Source: a virus. From it: a stretch of DNA of 64,000 nt. Made by a program: the position numbers and the translations under genes. Under the pieces are notes generated by a model that ran no database searches, was not told the origin of the DNA, and saw only the letters and a list, made by a program, of their open reading frames with translations. The DNA is taken from IMG/VR virus record IMGVR_UViG_3300009320_000011, positions 1 to 64,000 of that record, one strand, 5' to 3'. The stretch's first letter is position 1. Each line of letters starts with the position of its first letter. Of the stretch, positions 1 to 10,359 are shown in pieces.

Positions 1-190
1 AAGAAACCACAATGTTTGCATACAAGGAGTTTTGGTTTGATTTAGCTACTCCAAATATTGAGCAAGTAGTTACCGAACATGGATTTGAACTAACACAAAC
101 GTATAAAGATTTATTGATAATACTACAGGAACGAATAATATAACATTGGAATCTACCAATGTCAATCTAAATAGATTATAAAGGAAAATT

Positions 191-1072
191 ATGAAATTAA
201 CAGAAGATATATCAAAAAAATATAAAATTAATGAAGCAAAACCCATAGAGGTTAAAGTTGCTAAATTTATAAATACTTTAGGTGATAATGGTAATGATTA
301 TAATGTTGCTGTAAGAAAATCATCTGGAGATATTCGGAAATATTTAATAACAGTCGTTCAAGATAAGAATGCATATCGAGATTTTTTGAGTAGAGATGAT
401 TTAGAAAAATATATATTCGAGGAAAAAGATGATATTGATGAAATGAATGTTACTGGTAATATGGATGGTGGTGAAGGACCACCAAAAGTACCAGGTGCAT
501 TTGCAAAAAGAACTAAAGATACAGAAGACGGAGCTGGAAACGGTAAATTGCTCGGATATACGAATATTAATAAGAAACAACAGCGTAGAAATTTTAAGGA
601 ATCAAAATTAATTAAGTTGAAAGAAGATTATATTCATATTCTAAAGCGTAATGATGGGTATGCTATAATGCATAGTAAATTTGAAGATCCAAAACTTGGT
701 GGACAAATAATAAAAGGAAAAATGTCTAAAAATGATGCAAATAGTTTTGCTGAAAAAATGGCAAAAAGATGGAAATCAAAAATAAAATCAGAATCAACTT
801 ACAAAAAAATAATGGGCGAATTACATGAGGTAAGTTATCCAGAATATAGAGATGATGAAAAAGTATCTCAAAAGAATAAAGTTAACAATTCAATAAAAGA
901 AATAAATCGAAAATTATTTGAAATTGAGAGAATAGCAAAACAAAATGTAAGGTTAAAAACAGAAACTGGTGTAGCTTCTGATAAATATTGGAAGTCAACA
1001 AAAACAAAATTAATAAAGATAGCTGAAAGAATGATTAGAGTGTCAAAAATGATAAGAGAATTGAATGGGTAA
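191..1072 (+). CDS. Hypothetical virion/head-associated protein with several [LI]xE motifs
   Basis: 293 aa ORF, AAGGA upstream, just ahead of the head genes; starts MKLTE. Confidence 0.55.
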   Translation: MKLTEDISKKYKINEAKPIEVKVAKFINTLGDNGNDYNVAVRKSSGDIRKYLITVVQDKNAYRDFLSRDDLEKYIFEEKDDIDEMNVTGNMDGGEGPPKVPGAFAKRTKDTEDGAGNGKLLGYTNINKKQQRRNFKESKLIKLKEDYIHILKRNDGYAIMHSKFEDPKLGGQIIKGKMSKNDANSFAEKMAKRWKSKIKSESTYKKIMGELHEVSYPEYRDDEKVSQKNKVNNSIKEINRKLFEIERIAKQNVRLKTETGVASDKYWKSTKTKLIKIAERMIRVSKMIRELNG

Positions 1073-1431
1073 TGATAACAATAGATGTGGAAATAGGCAC
1101 GGTAATTCTTACTGGAAAATTTAAGAATAAGAAAACTGTCGTAAAAACTATCGGCACTGATGATCACGGCATGCCCACAATAAACGGGAAAAGAGCATGT
1201 ACATTTCGTATAGCAAAGGAACAACCAATGGAAAACAAAATACCGAAATTGAAAGATATAATTAAAGAAGATGTATCTATAGATGAGTTGACTTCTAATA
1301 AAAAATGGAGAGATGGTAAAGATTTATTAATAAAGGGATTTTTAGAATTAAAGAAAGAACATCATTTATCTGATAAAAACATAAATACTTTAATAGACTT
1401 AACCGTAGAATTAATTAGACGTAAAGTATAG
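1072..1431 (+). CDS. Hypothetical protein; internal MENKIPKLKDIIKE leader at 1228
   Basis: TAATG overlap with the previous gene; contains a 55-bp copy of the start of the next gene. Confidence 0.55.
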   Translation: MITIDVEIGTVILTGKFKNKKTVVKTIGTDDHGMPTINGKRACTFRIAKEQPMENKIPKLKDIIKEDVSIDELTSNKKWRDGKDLLIKGFLELKKEHHLSDKNINTLIDLTVELIRRKV

Positions 1432-1480
1432 CAAAGGAACAACCAATGGAAAACAAAATACCAAAATTGAAAGATATAAT
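1208..1480 (+). repeat. 55-bp direct repeat (1208-1262 / 1426-1480), 1 mismatch
   Basis: GTATAGCAAAGGAACAACCAATGGAAAACAAAATACC(G/A)AAATTGAAAGATATAAT read directly in both places. Confidence 0.95.
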
Positions 1481-1937
1481 GTTAAAAGAATCATACTGGA
1501 CTTTACCACCAAATAGTTTTACTGATTTGGAAAGAGCTAGGGATTATTTAAATGTAGTATATAAGGATGTATATAGCAATAATTTATCAGATATAAAATA
1601 TTTGGATATTATTATTAAAAAACTTCAGTCTATTAGGAAAAAAGCAAAGTTGGTTAACGAAAATAAAATATCAGAAGGAATAGATAATATCTCAGAAGAT
1701 TTAACTAGACGTGATGTGGCTAAAATTAGTTCTAAACTACATCCTGCTAGTTTCAAATCTAAGGGTAAAATTGAATCCATTCGTATATATAAAACAAAAA
1801 AAGGAATAAATTTTATACAAGTAAGATATTCTAATTATGGTGACACCAGTAAAATTACAAAAATTGTAACCGATCTTGGATATCAACAAAAATCCAAACA
1901 ACGAATTGGTGGGAGTAACCAATTATATTTTCAATAA
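1446..1937 (+). CDS. Leader-bearing hypothetical protein (MENKIPKLKDIMLKE)
   Basis: 163 aa ORF, AAAGGA upstream. Confidence 0.6.
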   Translation: MENKIPKLKDIMLKESYWTLPPNSFTDLERARDYLNVVYKDVYSNNLSDIKYLDIIIKKLQSIRKKAKLVNENKISEGIDNISEDLTRRDVAKISSKLHPASFKSKGKIESIRIYKTKKGINFIQVRYSNYGDTSKITKIVTDLGYQQKSKQRIGGSNQLYFQ

Positions 1938-1949
1938 ATAAGGAGAAAA

Positions 1950-2579
1950 ATGAAAAACATATTAGTAGATTACACACCATTTGAAGTATCACCACAACAA
2001 ATCAAAGAATCATTCGCGAAAAATGGGAAATTAGTTGTGAGTGGAATATTGCAGACTTGCGATGTTGTAAATCAAAATAAACGTAAATATCCAAAAAACA
2101 TATTAATGCGTGAAGCAAAAAAATATGCTGGTACTTTTATAAAAGAAAGAAGAGCTCTTGGTGAACTAGACCATCCAGATAGTTCTGTAGTAAACTTAAG
2201 CAATACATCTCACAATATCGTTGAAATGCACTGGAATGGAAATAATCTAATTGGAACAATCGAAGTATTATGCGATCGTCCGGGAGCAAAAGGAACACCA
2301 GCCGGTAATATTTTGAAATCATTATTTGATAATAATATAAAACTTGGGATATCATCTCGAGGAATCGGCTCAGTTAAAGAATTATACGAAGAAGATGAAG
2401 ATGGTGTGGTTGAAGTTCAAGATGATTTTGAATTAGTAGCATTTGATTTTGTAAGTAATCCAAGTACTCACGGAGCATTTATGGGAAAATTACACGAATC
2501 AAAAAATCTAAATTCTGAGCAACAAATATATTCTAATATAGAAAATATAATCATGGATATCATAACAACAAAAATATAG
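1950..2579 (+). CDS. gp21: Prohead core protease (T4 gp21-like)
   Basis: Motifs NQNKRKYP, ALGELDHP, GISSRGIGS, FDFVSNPSTHGA; upstream of scaffold and capsid genes. Confidence 0.93.
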   Translation: MKNILVDYTPFEVSPQQIKESFAKNGKLVVSGILQTCDVVNQNKRKYPKNILMREAKKYAGTFIKERRALGELDHPDSSVVNLSNTSHNIVEMHWNGNNLIGTIEVLCDRPGAKGTPAGNILKSLFDNNIKLGISSRGIGSVKELYEEDEDGVVEVQDDFELVAFDFVSNPSTHGAFMGKLHESKNLNSEQQIYSNIENIIMDIITTKI

Positions 2580-2590
2580 GGGATATAATT

Positions 2591-2851
2591 ATGAAATTAT
2601 CAGAATTAAGACAAATAATAAAGGAAGAAATTAAATTTCAATTAGCCGAAAGAAAATCTTATCCAAAGGGAACAAAATCATACTATCAAGTGGATAATGT
2701 TGGGAAAGCAAAATATACTATTAATTTCCACGATGGGTCTAGTACACATAAAGATGGTAGTAAATTCTATGGTATAAAAATTTTAAAAAATAAAAAGGAT
2801 TTAGCGAATTTCATATCAGATTTATCAAAAAAGGGATATAAAGCTGAATAA
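2591..2851 (+). CDS. Leader-bearing small protein (MKLSELRQIIKEEIKFQLAE)
   Basis: 86 aa ORF with the shared leader. Confidence 0.7.
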   Translation: MKLSELRQIIKEEIKFQLAERKSYPKGTKSYYQVDNVGKAKYTINFHDGSSTHKDGSKFYGIKILKNKKDLANFISDLSKKGYKAE

Positions 2852-2870
2852 ATAATTAAGGAAAAATATT

Positions 2871-3449
2871 ATGACCAAATTATCAAAATTAATAAAAGAG
2901 TCTTGGTTAGAAGACAAAAAAGAAGAAACATCTAGCGACCAAAAAAAGGAATTTCTAGAAGCAGTATCTAAATTTCATGATTATGGAAAATCAATATATC
3001 GTGAACATGATCTAAAGGATGTAACGAAACAGATTGGTGAGTTAATAACTACTGCATCTGAATTAACAATATCCGAAAATGAGCGGGATGATGGCTGGTT
3101 CGATAAAATGACTATAAATCGCCATGTGAAACAACTTAAAGAGAGTTATAAGGTATTCGAAAAAACAGCAAAAGAGATGACTATACTGCAGAATAGATTA
3201 GATTCTTCATATGATACTATCGGCGAAGTGTTATCTAAATATTTTGAAATTAATGAACGGATTGATGATCAACTCAAAGAAGAAGATTCAGCATACCAAG
3301 AATTCTTCAAACAAGCATTAGCTAAATTTAAGGTTAGTTCACCAAATGATTTTAAGTCAGATGAAGCAAAGAAGAAGTTTTTTGACTACGTAGACCAAAA
3401 CTATAAATCGAAGAATGAATCCACAAAACTAAAATCATTAATAAAATAA
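2871..3449 (+). CDS. Hypothetical head-region protein (MTKLSKLIKE)
   Basis: 192 aa ORF, AAGGA upstream. Confidence 0.6.
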   Translation: MTKLSKLIKESWLEDKKEETSSDQKKEFLEAVSKFHDYGKSIYREHDLKDVTKQIGELITTASELTISENERDDGWFDKMTINRHVKQLKESYKVFEKTAKEMTILQNRLDSSYDTIGEVLSKYFEINERIDDQLKEEDSAYQEFFKQALAKFKVSSPNDFKSDEAKKKFFDYVDQNYKSKNESTKLKSLIK

Positions 3450-3829
3450 TGGATAAACTAACACCACTACTTAAAAAACTAAATATACCAGCGGGCATAC
3501 ATAGTAAAGTTACACAATTATTAGTATTCTTTGCTGCAAATCCACATTATTTGAATATAGTAATGAAACAACTAGGAGAATCAAAAATGGATGCAAATGA
3601 AAAACTAAGAAAATCAATCAGAGAAGAAATAAAAAATCAACTAAAAGAATACTCCTTCAAAGATTATGTTGTATCATACCAGGGAACAAGTATAGTAATT
3701 AAAAATGCATACAAATACTCAGATGATGAAAAAATGTGGAATAGTATATATGAAAAGCTTGCAACAATATCCTTAAACATAGCAAGACAAACAAAAGCAA
3801 AACCAAAAGAAATATCAATTACATTATAA
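3449..3829 (+). CDS. Hypothetical protein with internal leader copy (KLRKSIREEIKNQLKE)
   Basis: 126 aa ORF, TAATG coupling. Confidence 0.55.
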   Translation: MDKLTPLLKKLNIPAGIHSKVTQLLVFFAANPHYLNIVMKQLGESKMDANEKLRKSIREEIKNQLKEYSFKDYVVSYQGTSIVIKNAYKYSDDEKMWNSIYEKLATISLNIARQTKAKPKEISITL

Positions 3830-3840
3830 AAATAAGTTAT

Positions 3841-4119
3841 ATGAAAAAAAATGTAGAGAACAAAACCCATAGTTTCAAAAAATCAAAAATTAACGGCACT
3901 AAAGTCATCGTTAAAGACAACTCAGACCAGGCAATCGATTCAGCAATATATAGTTTTAAGAAACTGGTAAAAGACAGCGGTAAATTAAATGAGTTACGAG
4001 ATAGACAAGAATATTCAAAACCATCTAAAAATCGTAGAGAAACAATACAATATGCTGTCAGAAGACAAAAAAGACTGACAGAATATGAAAAATATATCGA
4101 TTCTCTGTCATATAATTAA
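3841..4119 (+). CDS. rpsU: Phage-encoded ribosomal protein bS21
   Basis: VIVKDNSDQAIDSAIYSFKKLVKDSGKLNELRDRQEYSKPSKNRR matches the bS21 pattern (V.V...IE.ALRRFKK...G.L.E.R.R..YEKPS..RR); lies between protease and scaffold. Confidence 0.85.
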   Translation: MKKNVENKTHSFKKSKINGTKVIVKDNSDQAIDSAIYSFKKLVKDSGKLNELRDRQEYSKPSKNRRETIQYAVRRQKRLTEYEKYIDSLSYN

Positions 4120-4272
4120 CAGATTTTCTATTTTTCTGATATGTATATATGATTGGTAATTCAATCAAGAAATACACTGTCCTACCTTTATATAGTGTTT
4201 ATAATTAATATTCCTATTATAGTTTTTCAATAACTATATTTCCTAAACTAAAAATAATTTTGGGAGAAAAAA

Positions 4273-5256
4273 ATGCCAAAGAAAAAACAATTATTAGACG
4301 AGGTTATTCTCGATGCTAAACTTGTCAGGGAAACAGCTCTTGAACAAGCCAGACTAGCACTTGAAGAAGCTTTTAAACCAAAGATTCAGTCGATGTTGTC
4401 TAAAAAATTACAACAAGAACAAGAAGACGAGGAAATCGAAGACGAAGAACTTCCAGTCGAAGATGAATTTCCAGTTGAAGATGAAATTGAAGATGAAGAA
4501 GAAGTAACTGAAGAAGAAGAAATCGAAGATGAAGAAGAAATTCCAGTTGAAGATGAAGAAGAAGAAACTGAAGATGAAATCGAAGATGAAGAAGAAGTAA
4601 CTGAAGAAGAAACAGAAATTGAAGATGAAATCGAAGATGAAGAAGAAATTCCAGTTGAAGATGAAGAAGACTTAGATTTAGAAGCCGTTATCAAAGAGCT
4701 TGAAGATGAATTAGATGAAGAAGAAGTTCCTCCAGTTGAAGATGAAGAAGAAGAAGTAACTGAAGAAGAAATTCCAATCGAGGATGAAGAAGAAGATGAA
4801 GAAATCGACATCGAAGAAATCATTAAAGCTTTGAAAGAAGAAGATGATGAAGAAGCAGAAGAAATGACTGAAGAAGATGCAGAAGAGGGAGTTGAAGAAT
4901 TAAAAACAGAACTCGAAGAAGCGTATAATGTAATTAATGAATTGAAAAATGAATTAAATGAAATCAATATGTTAAATGCTAAACTGTTGTACTCAAACAG
5001 ACTATTTAAGAAACACAATATGACTCAAAATCAGAAGATGAAAGTTATTGAAACTTTTGATAGAACGAATAGTATTCGTGAAATTAAACTTGTTTACGCA
5101 ACACTAGCAGAAACATTAAACAACACAACTAAAACAAGAAAAAACTTGAAAGAAAGTTTTGCATCTGATACCGTAAAATCAACGAAACCAACAAAAATCA
5201 TCAAAGATGAAGATTCGTTAGCATCAAGGTTCAGAGAATTAGCAAATCTTAAATAA
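4273..5256 (+). CDS. Prohead scaffolding/core protein, long Glu/Asp-rich middle
   Basis: Directly upstream of the capsid gene; acidic repeats (EDEEEVTEEE) and coiled-coil C-terminus. Confidence 0.8.
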   Translation: MPKKKQLLDEVILDAKLVRETALEQARLALEEAFKPKIQSMLSKKLQQEQEDEEIEDEELPVEDEFPVEDEIEDEEEVTEEEEIEDEEEIPVEDEEEETEDEIEDEEEVTEEETEIEDEIEDEEEIPVEDEEDLDLEAVIKELEDELDEEEVPPVEDEEEEVTEEEIPIEDEEEDEEIDIEEIIKALKEEDDEEAEEMTEEDAEEGVEELKTELEEAYNVINELKNELNEINMLNAKLLYSNRLFKKHNMTQNQKMKVIETFDRTNSIREIKLVYATLAETLNNTTKTRKNLKESFASDTVKSTKPTKIIKDEDSLASRFRELANLK

Positions 5257-5268
5257 TAGGAGAAATAA

Positions 5269-6918
5269 ATGAGTTTACAGAAAATTATGGAATCAACTAA
5301 AGTTTACGACAAGAAACTTCGTGACGAAACTGAAGTGTTGGTTTCAAAATGGAAAAGAACTGGTCTCATGGATGGTCTCGAGAAAACGAAATACGAAAAA
5401 TACTTCGTAGCTCAATTACTCGAAAATCAAGCCAAGCAATTAGTCGTTGAATCATCTAGGACTGGAACAGCATCAAACTCAGAGGAATGGTCAGGAGTAG
5501 CTCTACCGTTGGTACGTAGAATTTTTAGCGAAATAGCAGCTAAAGATTTTGTTAGCGTTCAACCAATGAGCCTACCATCAGGACTAGTATTCTGGGTAGA
5601 CTTCAAATACGGAACTGGGCAACCAGGATTCACTACAGGATCTGGTAAAGATTCTGAAGCTGACTCTGTATTTGGTATAACAGGAACCATCGGATCTGAC
5701 GCAAGTCAAGGTCTTTATGGAGCCGGCAGATTTGGTTATTCAATCAATGAAGCTGATACAGCAAATCTTGTAACAGGATCAACACCATCATCAACAGAAG
5801 TTGCTACTGCATCTATTGCTGCAGCTGACTATAATTATGATACGTCATTCTCACAGTCATACGCAGGACAATTTGATAGTAGCGCAACTGCTGGTATGTT
5901 TAAGATAACAATGGCGTCGTCTTCAATGACTAATCCAGACTTTGAAGGTATTCGTGCATATAAAATTCGTGGACCTGGTATTTCAACATACTTCCCACAA
6001 TTTACAGTAGCCAATTCAAACAATTCACAGATATCGTTTATTATATCTGGGTCTCAATCATCGTTTAATGGTGGTGGTATTGCTGTAACATACCATAAAC
6101 AACCAACTGATATTACTCGTGGTGACTTTGAAGCTACATCTGATACGGACATCAATATTCCGGAAATCAACGTAGAAATGAAATCTGAACCTATCGTAGC
6201 TAAAACGAGAAAACTAAAAGCTATCTGGACTCCTGAATTCGCACAAGACTTAAATGCATATCACTCAATTGACGCTGAAGCTGAACTAACATCAATGTTA
6301 TCTGAGTACATCTCAATGGAAATTGATCTTGAGATTTTGGATATGTTGATCAAAAATGCAGCAACAACTGAACGTTGGTCAGCACAAATCGGTAGATATT
6401 ATGATAACGCAGCAAGTGCATTCGTTGATTATGCAACGGCTCAAGCACAAGCAGCAGCATTTAACCAAGGAACATGGTTCCAGACTCTGGGAACAAAAAT
6501 CCAGAAGGTATCTAATAAAATCCATCAAAAAACAATGCGTGGCGGAGCGAACTTCTTAGTTTGTTCACCTGAAGTAGCAACTGTTCTGGAATCAATCCCA
6601 GGATATTCAGTTGACACTGACGGCGATAAACCACAATTCGCGATGGGCGTACAGAAAATTGGTCAAATCAATAACAGGTTCCAAGTTTATAAAAATCCAT
6701 ATATGTTAGAAAATACAATTCTTCTAGGATATCGTGGATCACAATTCTTGGAAACAGGAGCTGTTTTTGCACCATATATTCCGTTGATTTTAACTCCATT
6801 AGTATATGATCCTAACAACTTTACTCCAAGACGTGGAGTTATGACACGTTATTCGAAGAAGTTGATTAGACCGGAATTCTACGGAAAGATACATGTAACT
6901 GATCTACCAAACGTGTAA
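5269..6918 (+). CDS. gp23: Major capsid protein (T4 gp23-like)
   Basis: LPLVRR, VSVQPMSLPSGLVF, AKTRKLKAIWTPEFAQDLNAYHSIDAEAEL, APYIPL, GVMTRY. Confidence 0.96.
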   Translation: MSLQKIMESTKVYDKKLRDETEVLVSKWKRTGLMDGLEKTKYEKYFVAQLLENQAKQLVVESSRTGTASNSEEWSGVALPLVRRIFSEIAAKDFVSVQPMSLPSGLVFWVDFKYGTGQPGFTTGSGKDSEADSVFGITGTIGSDASQGLYGAGRFGYSINEADTANLVTGSTPSSTEVATASIAAADYNYDTSFSQSYAGQFDSSATAGMFKITMASSSMTNPDFEGIRAYKIRGPGISTYFPQFTVANSNNSQISFIISGSQSSFNGGGIAVTYHKQPTDITRGDFEATSDTDINIPEINVEMKSEPIVAKTRKLKAIWTPEFAQDLNAYHSIDAEAELTSMLSEYISMEIDLEILDMLIKNAATTERWSAQIGRYYDNAASAFVDYATAQAQAAAFNQGTWFQTLGTKIQKVSNKIHQKTMRGGANFLVCSPEVATVLESIPGYSVDTDGDKPQFAMGVQKIGQINNRFQVYKNPYMLENTILLGYRGSQFLETGAVFAPYIPLILTPLVYDPNNFTPRRGVMTRYSKKLIRPEFYGKIHVTDLPNV

Positions 6919-6947
6919 TAACTAACTAAATCTTAATTGATATATTG

Positions 6948-6977
6948 AAAAAGACGGTCATATGACCGTCTTTTTTT
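6948..6977 (+). terminator. Rho-independent terminator after capsid gene
   Basis: AAAAAGACGGTCA-TA-TGACCGTC followed by T7. Confidence 0.9.
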
Positions 6978-7070
6978 ATGCTCTATTGAAAATATAATGG
7001 TTATTTCTTGTATCTATTAATTATTTTTTGTATATTTATATGTGAGTACACCAATAATTGGAGTGAAATT

Positions 7071-8846
7071 ATGAAAAATAAATGTAAAATTTGCGGAAAA
7101 GAAATATTAAAACATAGGATATATTGTTCAAATGCTTGTAAGTTTTCTGACGATGAATATAATAAAAGTAGGTCAATTAAAAAGGAAAATGATGGAAGTA
7201 ATGAAATGCGATGTACTATATGTGGATGGCAAACACTAGATATATATAATTATGGTGGACATTTAGCGACGCATTTAAGAAAAAAACATGATATACTTGA
7301 TAAAAATTACAATTTATATTATAACAAAATATCAGTACCGCTAAAGGATGTATTTAAGTGTCCATACTGTGATTGGAAAACAAATGATATAATTAATAAA
7401 TCTGGAGCATTTACAAAGCACTTAATTAATGAACATAAAAAAAATATATTTGATTATATAAAAGAATACCCCGACCACGATAAATTATTTGTTAAATATG
7501 TTAAAAAAACTAATTATGATGAGTTTATAGCTGATGATGCGCGGAATGGTATTAAGTGTGAAGTGTGTGGAAAATATTTTAAGAAAATATCAAATTCACA
7601 TCTAAAACACCATAACATGTCGCCGCAGGAATATAAAGATAAATATAATATAGTAAAAACTACATCAAACACAACTTCATTAATACAATCTACCAAAACT
7701 AAAAAACACAATGCGCGCATGATGAAGTATTATCAAGATAATAATATTCCAATGCCGTGGCATTCTAGTGAAGTATATACCAAAAAAGTACAAAGTAAAT
7801 TTGAAGATTATAAAACCAAACTTGGAGATGAATTTACTATATGTTTTGATTATAATACATATTGGCATGGGAGTGTATTTCAATTTATATGTGTGAAGTG
7901 TGGAAATAGTTTTGATAGCGGATATAGGTATCCACGATGTTATGTATGTAATCCACCGTCATCTGGAGTGAGTGATGAAGAGAAAGAACTTCAGAAATAT
8001 ATTCGAGATGATTTGAAAATAAATATAGAATGTAATAATAGAAAATTAGTTAAACGAACTGAAGTTGATATATATATACCAAGTATGAATATAGGAATAG
8101 AATATGATGGGCTATATTATCATTCAGAATTATCTGGTAAGAAGGACAAAAACTACCACATTGAAAAGACTTTCAAATTATCTAATTGTGGAGTTAAATT
8201 AATTCATATAACTTCCGATGAATGGCTAAATAAGCAAACCATAGTTAAAAATAGGATAAAACATATGTTAGGTGTAACTGATAGTAGTATACATGCTAGA
8301 TTGTGTGATATTAAAGAGATTGATTCAAAATTAAAAAATAATTTTTTGAATAATAATCATATACAGGGAGGTGATAATAGTAGTATTAAAATAGGAGCGT
8401 TTTATAATAATGAATTGGTTGCTGTGATGACTTTTGGTAGCTTGAGGCGAGCATTGGGTAGTGAAAAAAAAGACAACGAATATGAAATGGTTAGATTTTG
8501 TTTGTCTGATCATAAAATAACTGGCATTTTCGGAAGGCTTTTGGGGTATTTTGTAAATAATTATAATCCATTAAAAATAATAACTTATAGTGATATACGC
8601 TGGTCTCCAGATAAATTAAATAATGTTTACGTTAAAAATAATTTTAAGTTAATTTCTCAGACTCCTCCAAACTACTGGTATATGAGTGGTTATAAATCTA
8701 GATTACACCGATTTAATTTTACAAAGCACCGCATAGTTGAAAAACACGGAGGTGATCCAACTTTATCCGAGTGGCAAAATATGCAGTTAATGGGATACGA
8801 CCGAATCTGGGATTGCGGATCATATAAATATGAGTTTATAGTATAA
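7071..8846 (+). mobile_element. Free-standing homing endonuclease (Zn fingers + Vsr-like PD-(D/E)xK + conserved C-terminal domain, Hef-like)
   Basis: CxxC/C2H2 repeats, EVDIYIP..IGIEYDGLYYHS, C-terminal IWDCG; ATG at 7071 after GGAG preferred over the TTG at 7008. Confidence 0.75.
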
Positions 8847-8852
8847 TTTCTC

Positions 8853-8885
8853 TTTGAAAATTCAACTATTCTTTGTATATTCGTA
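8853..8885 (+). promoter_or_regulatory. Bacteroidota-type sigma-A promoter (-33 TTG / -7 TATATTCG); similar sites at 9713-9743, 16548-16578, 35918-35947, 39337-39367, 53959-53989
   Basis: Six intergenic sites with TTG then 19-20 nt then TATATT(C/T)(G/A), matching the known TTTG / TAnnTTTG consensus. Confidence 0.65.
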
Positions 8886-8899
8886 AAAAACCAAATCAC

Positions 8900-9706
8900 A
8901 TGCAAGACTATAAAATCACACACACGATAGATTTCTTATCTTACGGAATCACTGAAAAACCAACTATTGGCATCATAACTGGTACTGGTATGGGTGATAT
9001 CGTAAATCATCTAACCAAACCATCAGCAGTGGACTATCGAGAAATTCCAAATTTCGTAACATCAACTGTCGAGTCGCATCGTGGAAAACTAGTATTTGGA
9101 AAACTGGAGGATAAGAATGTAGTTGTTATGCAAGGCCGTTTCCATTATTACGAAGGATATTCAGCTGAAGAGATTACGTTTCCAGTTAGAGTGATGAAGA
9201 AATTAGGAGTAGAGCACTTGATAATAACTAACGCGGCTGGCTCGCTTAATCCTGAGTTTAAGAAGGGATCCATAATGTTAATTGATGATCACATAAATTT
9301 GATACCAGACAATCCACTGCGAGGCACGTTTCATGAACCACGATTTCCGGATATGTCTCAGCCATACGACAGAAAAACGAATCAAAAAATAGAGAATATA
9401 GGTTTGGATGAATTAATATCAGTGCATCGTGGAGTTTTCGTTGCAGTACCAGGACCAAATCTTGAAACAAGTGCTGAGTATAAATATCTTAGAATAATCG
9501 GAGCTGATGCAGTTGGAATGTCAACTGTCCCAGAAGTGATCGTTGCAAATCAGTGTGGAATTAAGTGTACAGCTTTTTCGATTTTAACAGACGAAGGATT
9601 CCACGAGGTATTAGAGCCAGTAAGTTTATCAGATGTAATTGAAGTTTCACGACAAGTTGAACCAAAACTGATAATTTTAATTGAAAAACTTGTAAAGTAT
9701 TTGTAG
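8900..9706 (+). CDS. punA: Purine nucleoside phosphorylase (trimeric PNP family)
   Basis: GIITGTG, MQGRFHYYEGY, TNAAGSLNP, GPNLETSAE, GADAVGMSTVPE. Confidence 0.93.
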   Translation: MQDYKITHTIDFLSYGITEKPTIGIITGTGMGDIVNHLTKPSAVDYREIPNFVTSTVESHRGKLVFGKLEDKNVVVMQGRFHYYEGYSAEEITFPVRVMKKLGVEHLIITNAAGSLNPEFKKGSIMLIDDHINLIPDNPLRGTFHEPRFPDMSQPYDRKTNQKIENIGLDELISVHRGVFVAVPGPNLETSAEYKYLRIIGADAVGMSTVPEVIVANQCGIKCTAFSILTDEGFHEVLEPVSLSDVIEVSRQVEPKLIILIEKLVKYL

Positions 9707-9778
9707 AATTTCTTGTTTCTTTCAAGAATTAGTATTATATTCGTACTGTAAATTAGTAATATAGTGGAAGATAAAAAT

Positions 9779-9871
9779 AATGTTTCATTAATCTGTGATA
9801 CGCATCTTACGAATCGAGAGAGATTGCAACTTGTGGATCGTCGATATGGAGATAACAATGACTGAAAAAAT
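9779..9871 (+). repeat. 93-bp exact copy of 12704-12796 (gp14-like 3' end plus start of next gene)
   Basis: Identical sequence AATGTTTCATTAATCTG...ACTGAAAAAAT; near-identity continues ~28 bp further. Confidence 0.95.
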
Positions 9872-9917
9872 TAGAGAAATAATTAGAGAAGAAATTAAAT
9901 TCAGTAAAACCAAATAA
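9858..9917 (+). pseudogene. Leader-only mini-ORF MTEKIREIIREEIKFSKTK
   Basis: Manual translation; GGAG upstream. Confidence 0.55.
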
Positions 9918-9918
9918 T

Positions 9919-10293
9919 ATGGACAAAATTGCAATTAAACTACAGGAAAATATTGATGCATATAAAGTCAAAAGATCAAAAAAAGGTTTTATGGCAAAAA
10001 ACTTATCTAAATTCGAAATGTTTACAGTTAGACTTGATTACTTACTATCCATCTTGAATAAAATGACCGATCAGAAACATATTACCGTGACTGAAAAGCT
10101 TGAAAGAATTAAAAAAATAAACGACATTAAACAGCACGCATTTTCATCTAAAAATAAGCACGGCAAATTTACTGGAATGAGCAAAGATGAAATTGATTAT
10201 TTGGCTGAAGTATGGAATTTGTATGTTAAATTTTTGAAAGAACAAAATATTTCTGATGAAAAAATTAAATCTCTCCTTATAGTAACTCAGTAG
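9919..10293 (+). CDS. Hypothetical protein
   Basis: 124 aa ORF. Confidence 0.55.
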   Translation: MDKIAIKLQENIDAYKVKRSKKGFMAKNLSKFEMFTVRLDYLLSILNKMTDQKHITVTEKLERIKKINDIKQHAFSSKNKHGKFTGMSKDEIDYLAEVWNLYVKFLKEQNISDEKIKSLLIVTQ

Positions 10294-10322
10294 CATTTCT
10301 CAATTTATTTTTTTCTTTTTTG

Positions 10323-10331
10323 ATATTTATA
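10323..10331 (+). promoter_or_regulatory. Putative phage late promoter ATATTTATA (also 7032, 16605, 21905, 23403, 27374; ATACTTATA at 22499, 46958)
   Basis: Recurs shortly upstream of neck, tube, TMP-operon, leader-array and endonuclease genes. Confidence 0.6.
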
Positions 10332-10359
10332 TTAAAGAGGAAATTAATGGAGTGCTCTA

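Noticed and set aside
4386-5018. 210-aa Ser-rich minus-strand ORF
   Set aside because: Antisense shadow of the GAA-rich scaffold gene
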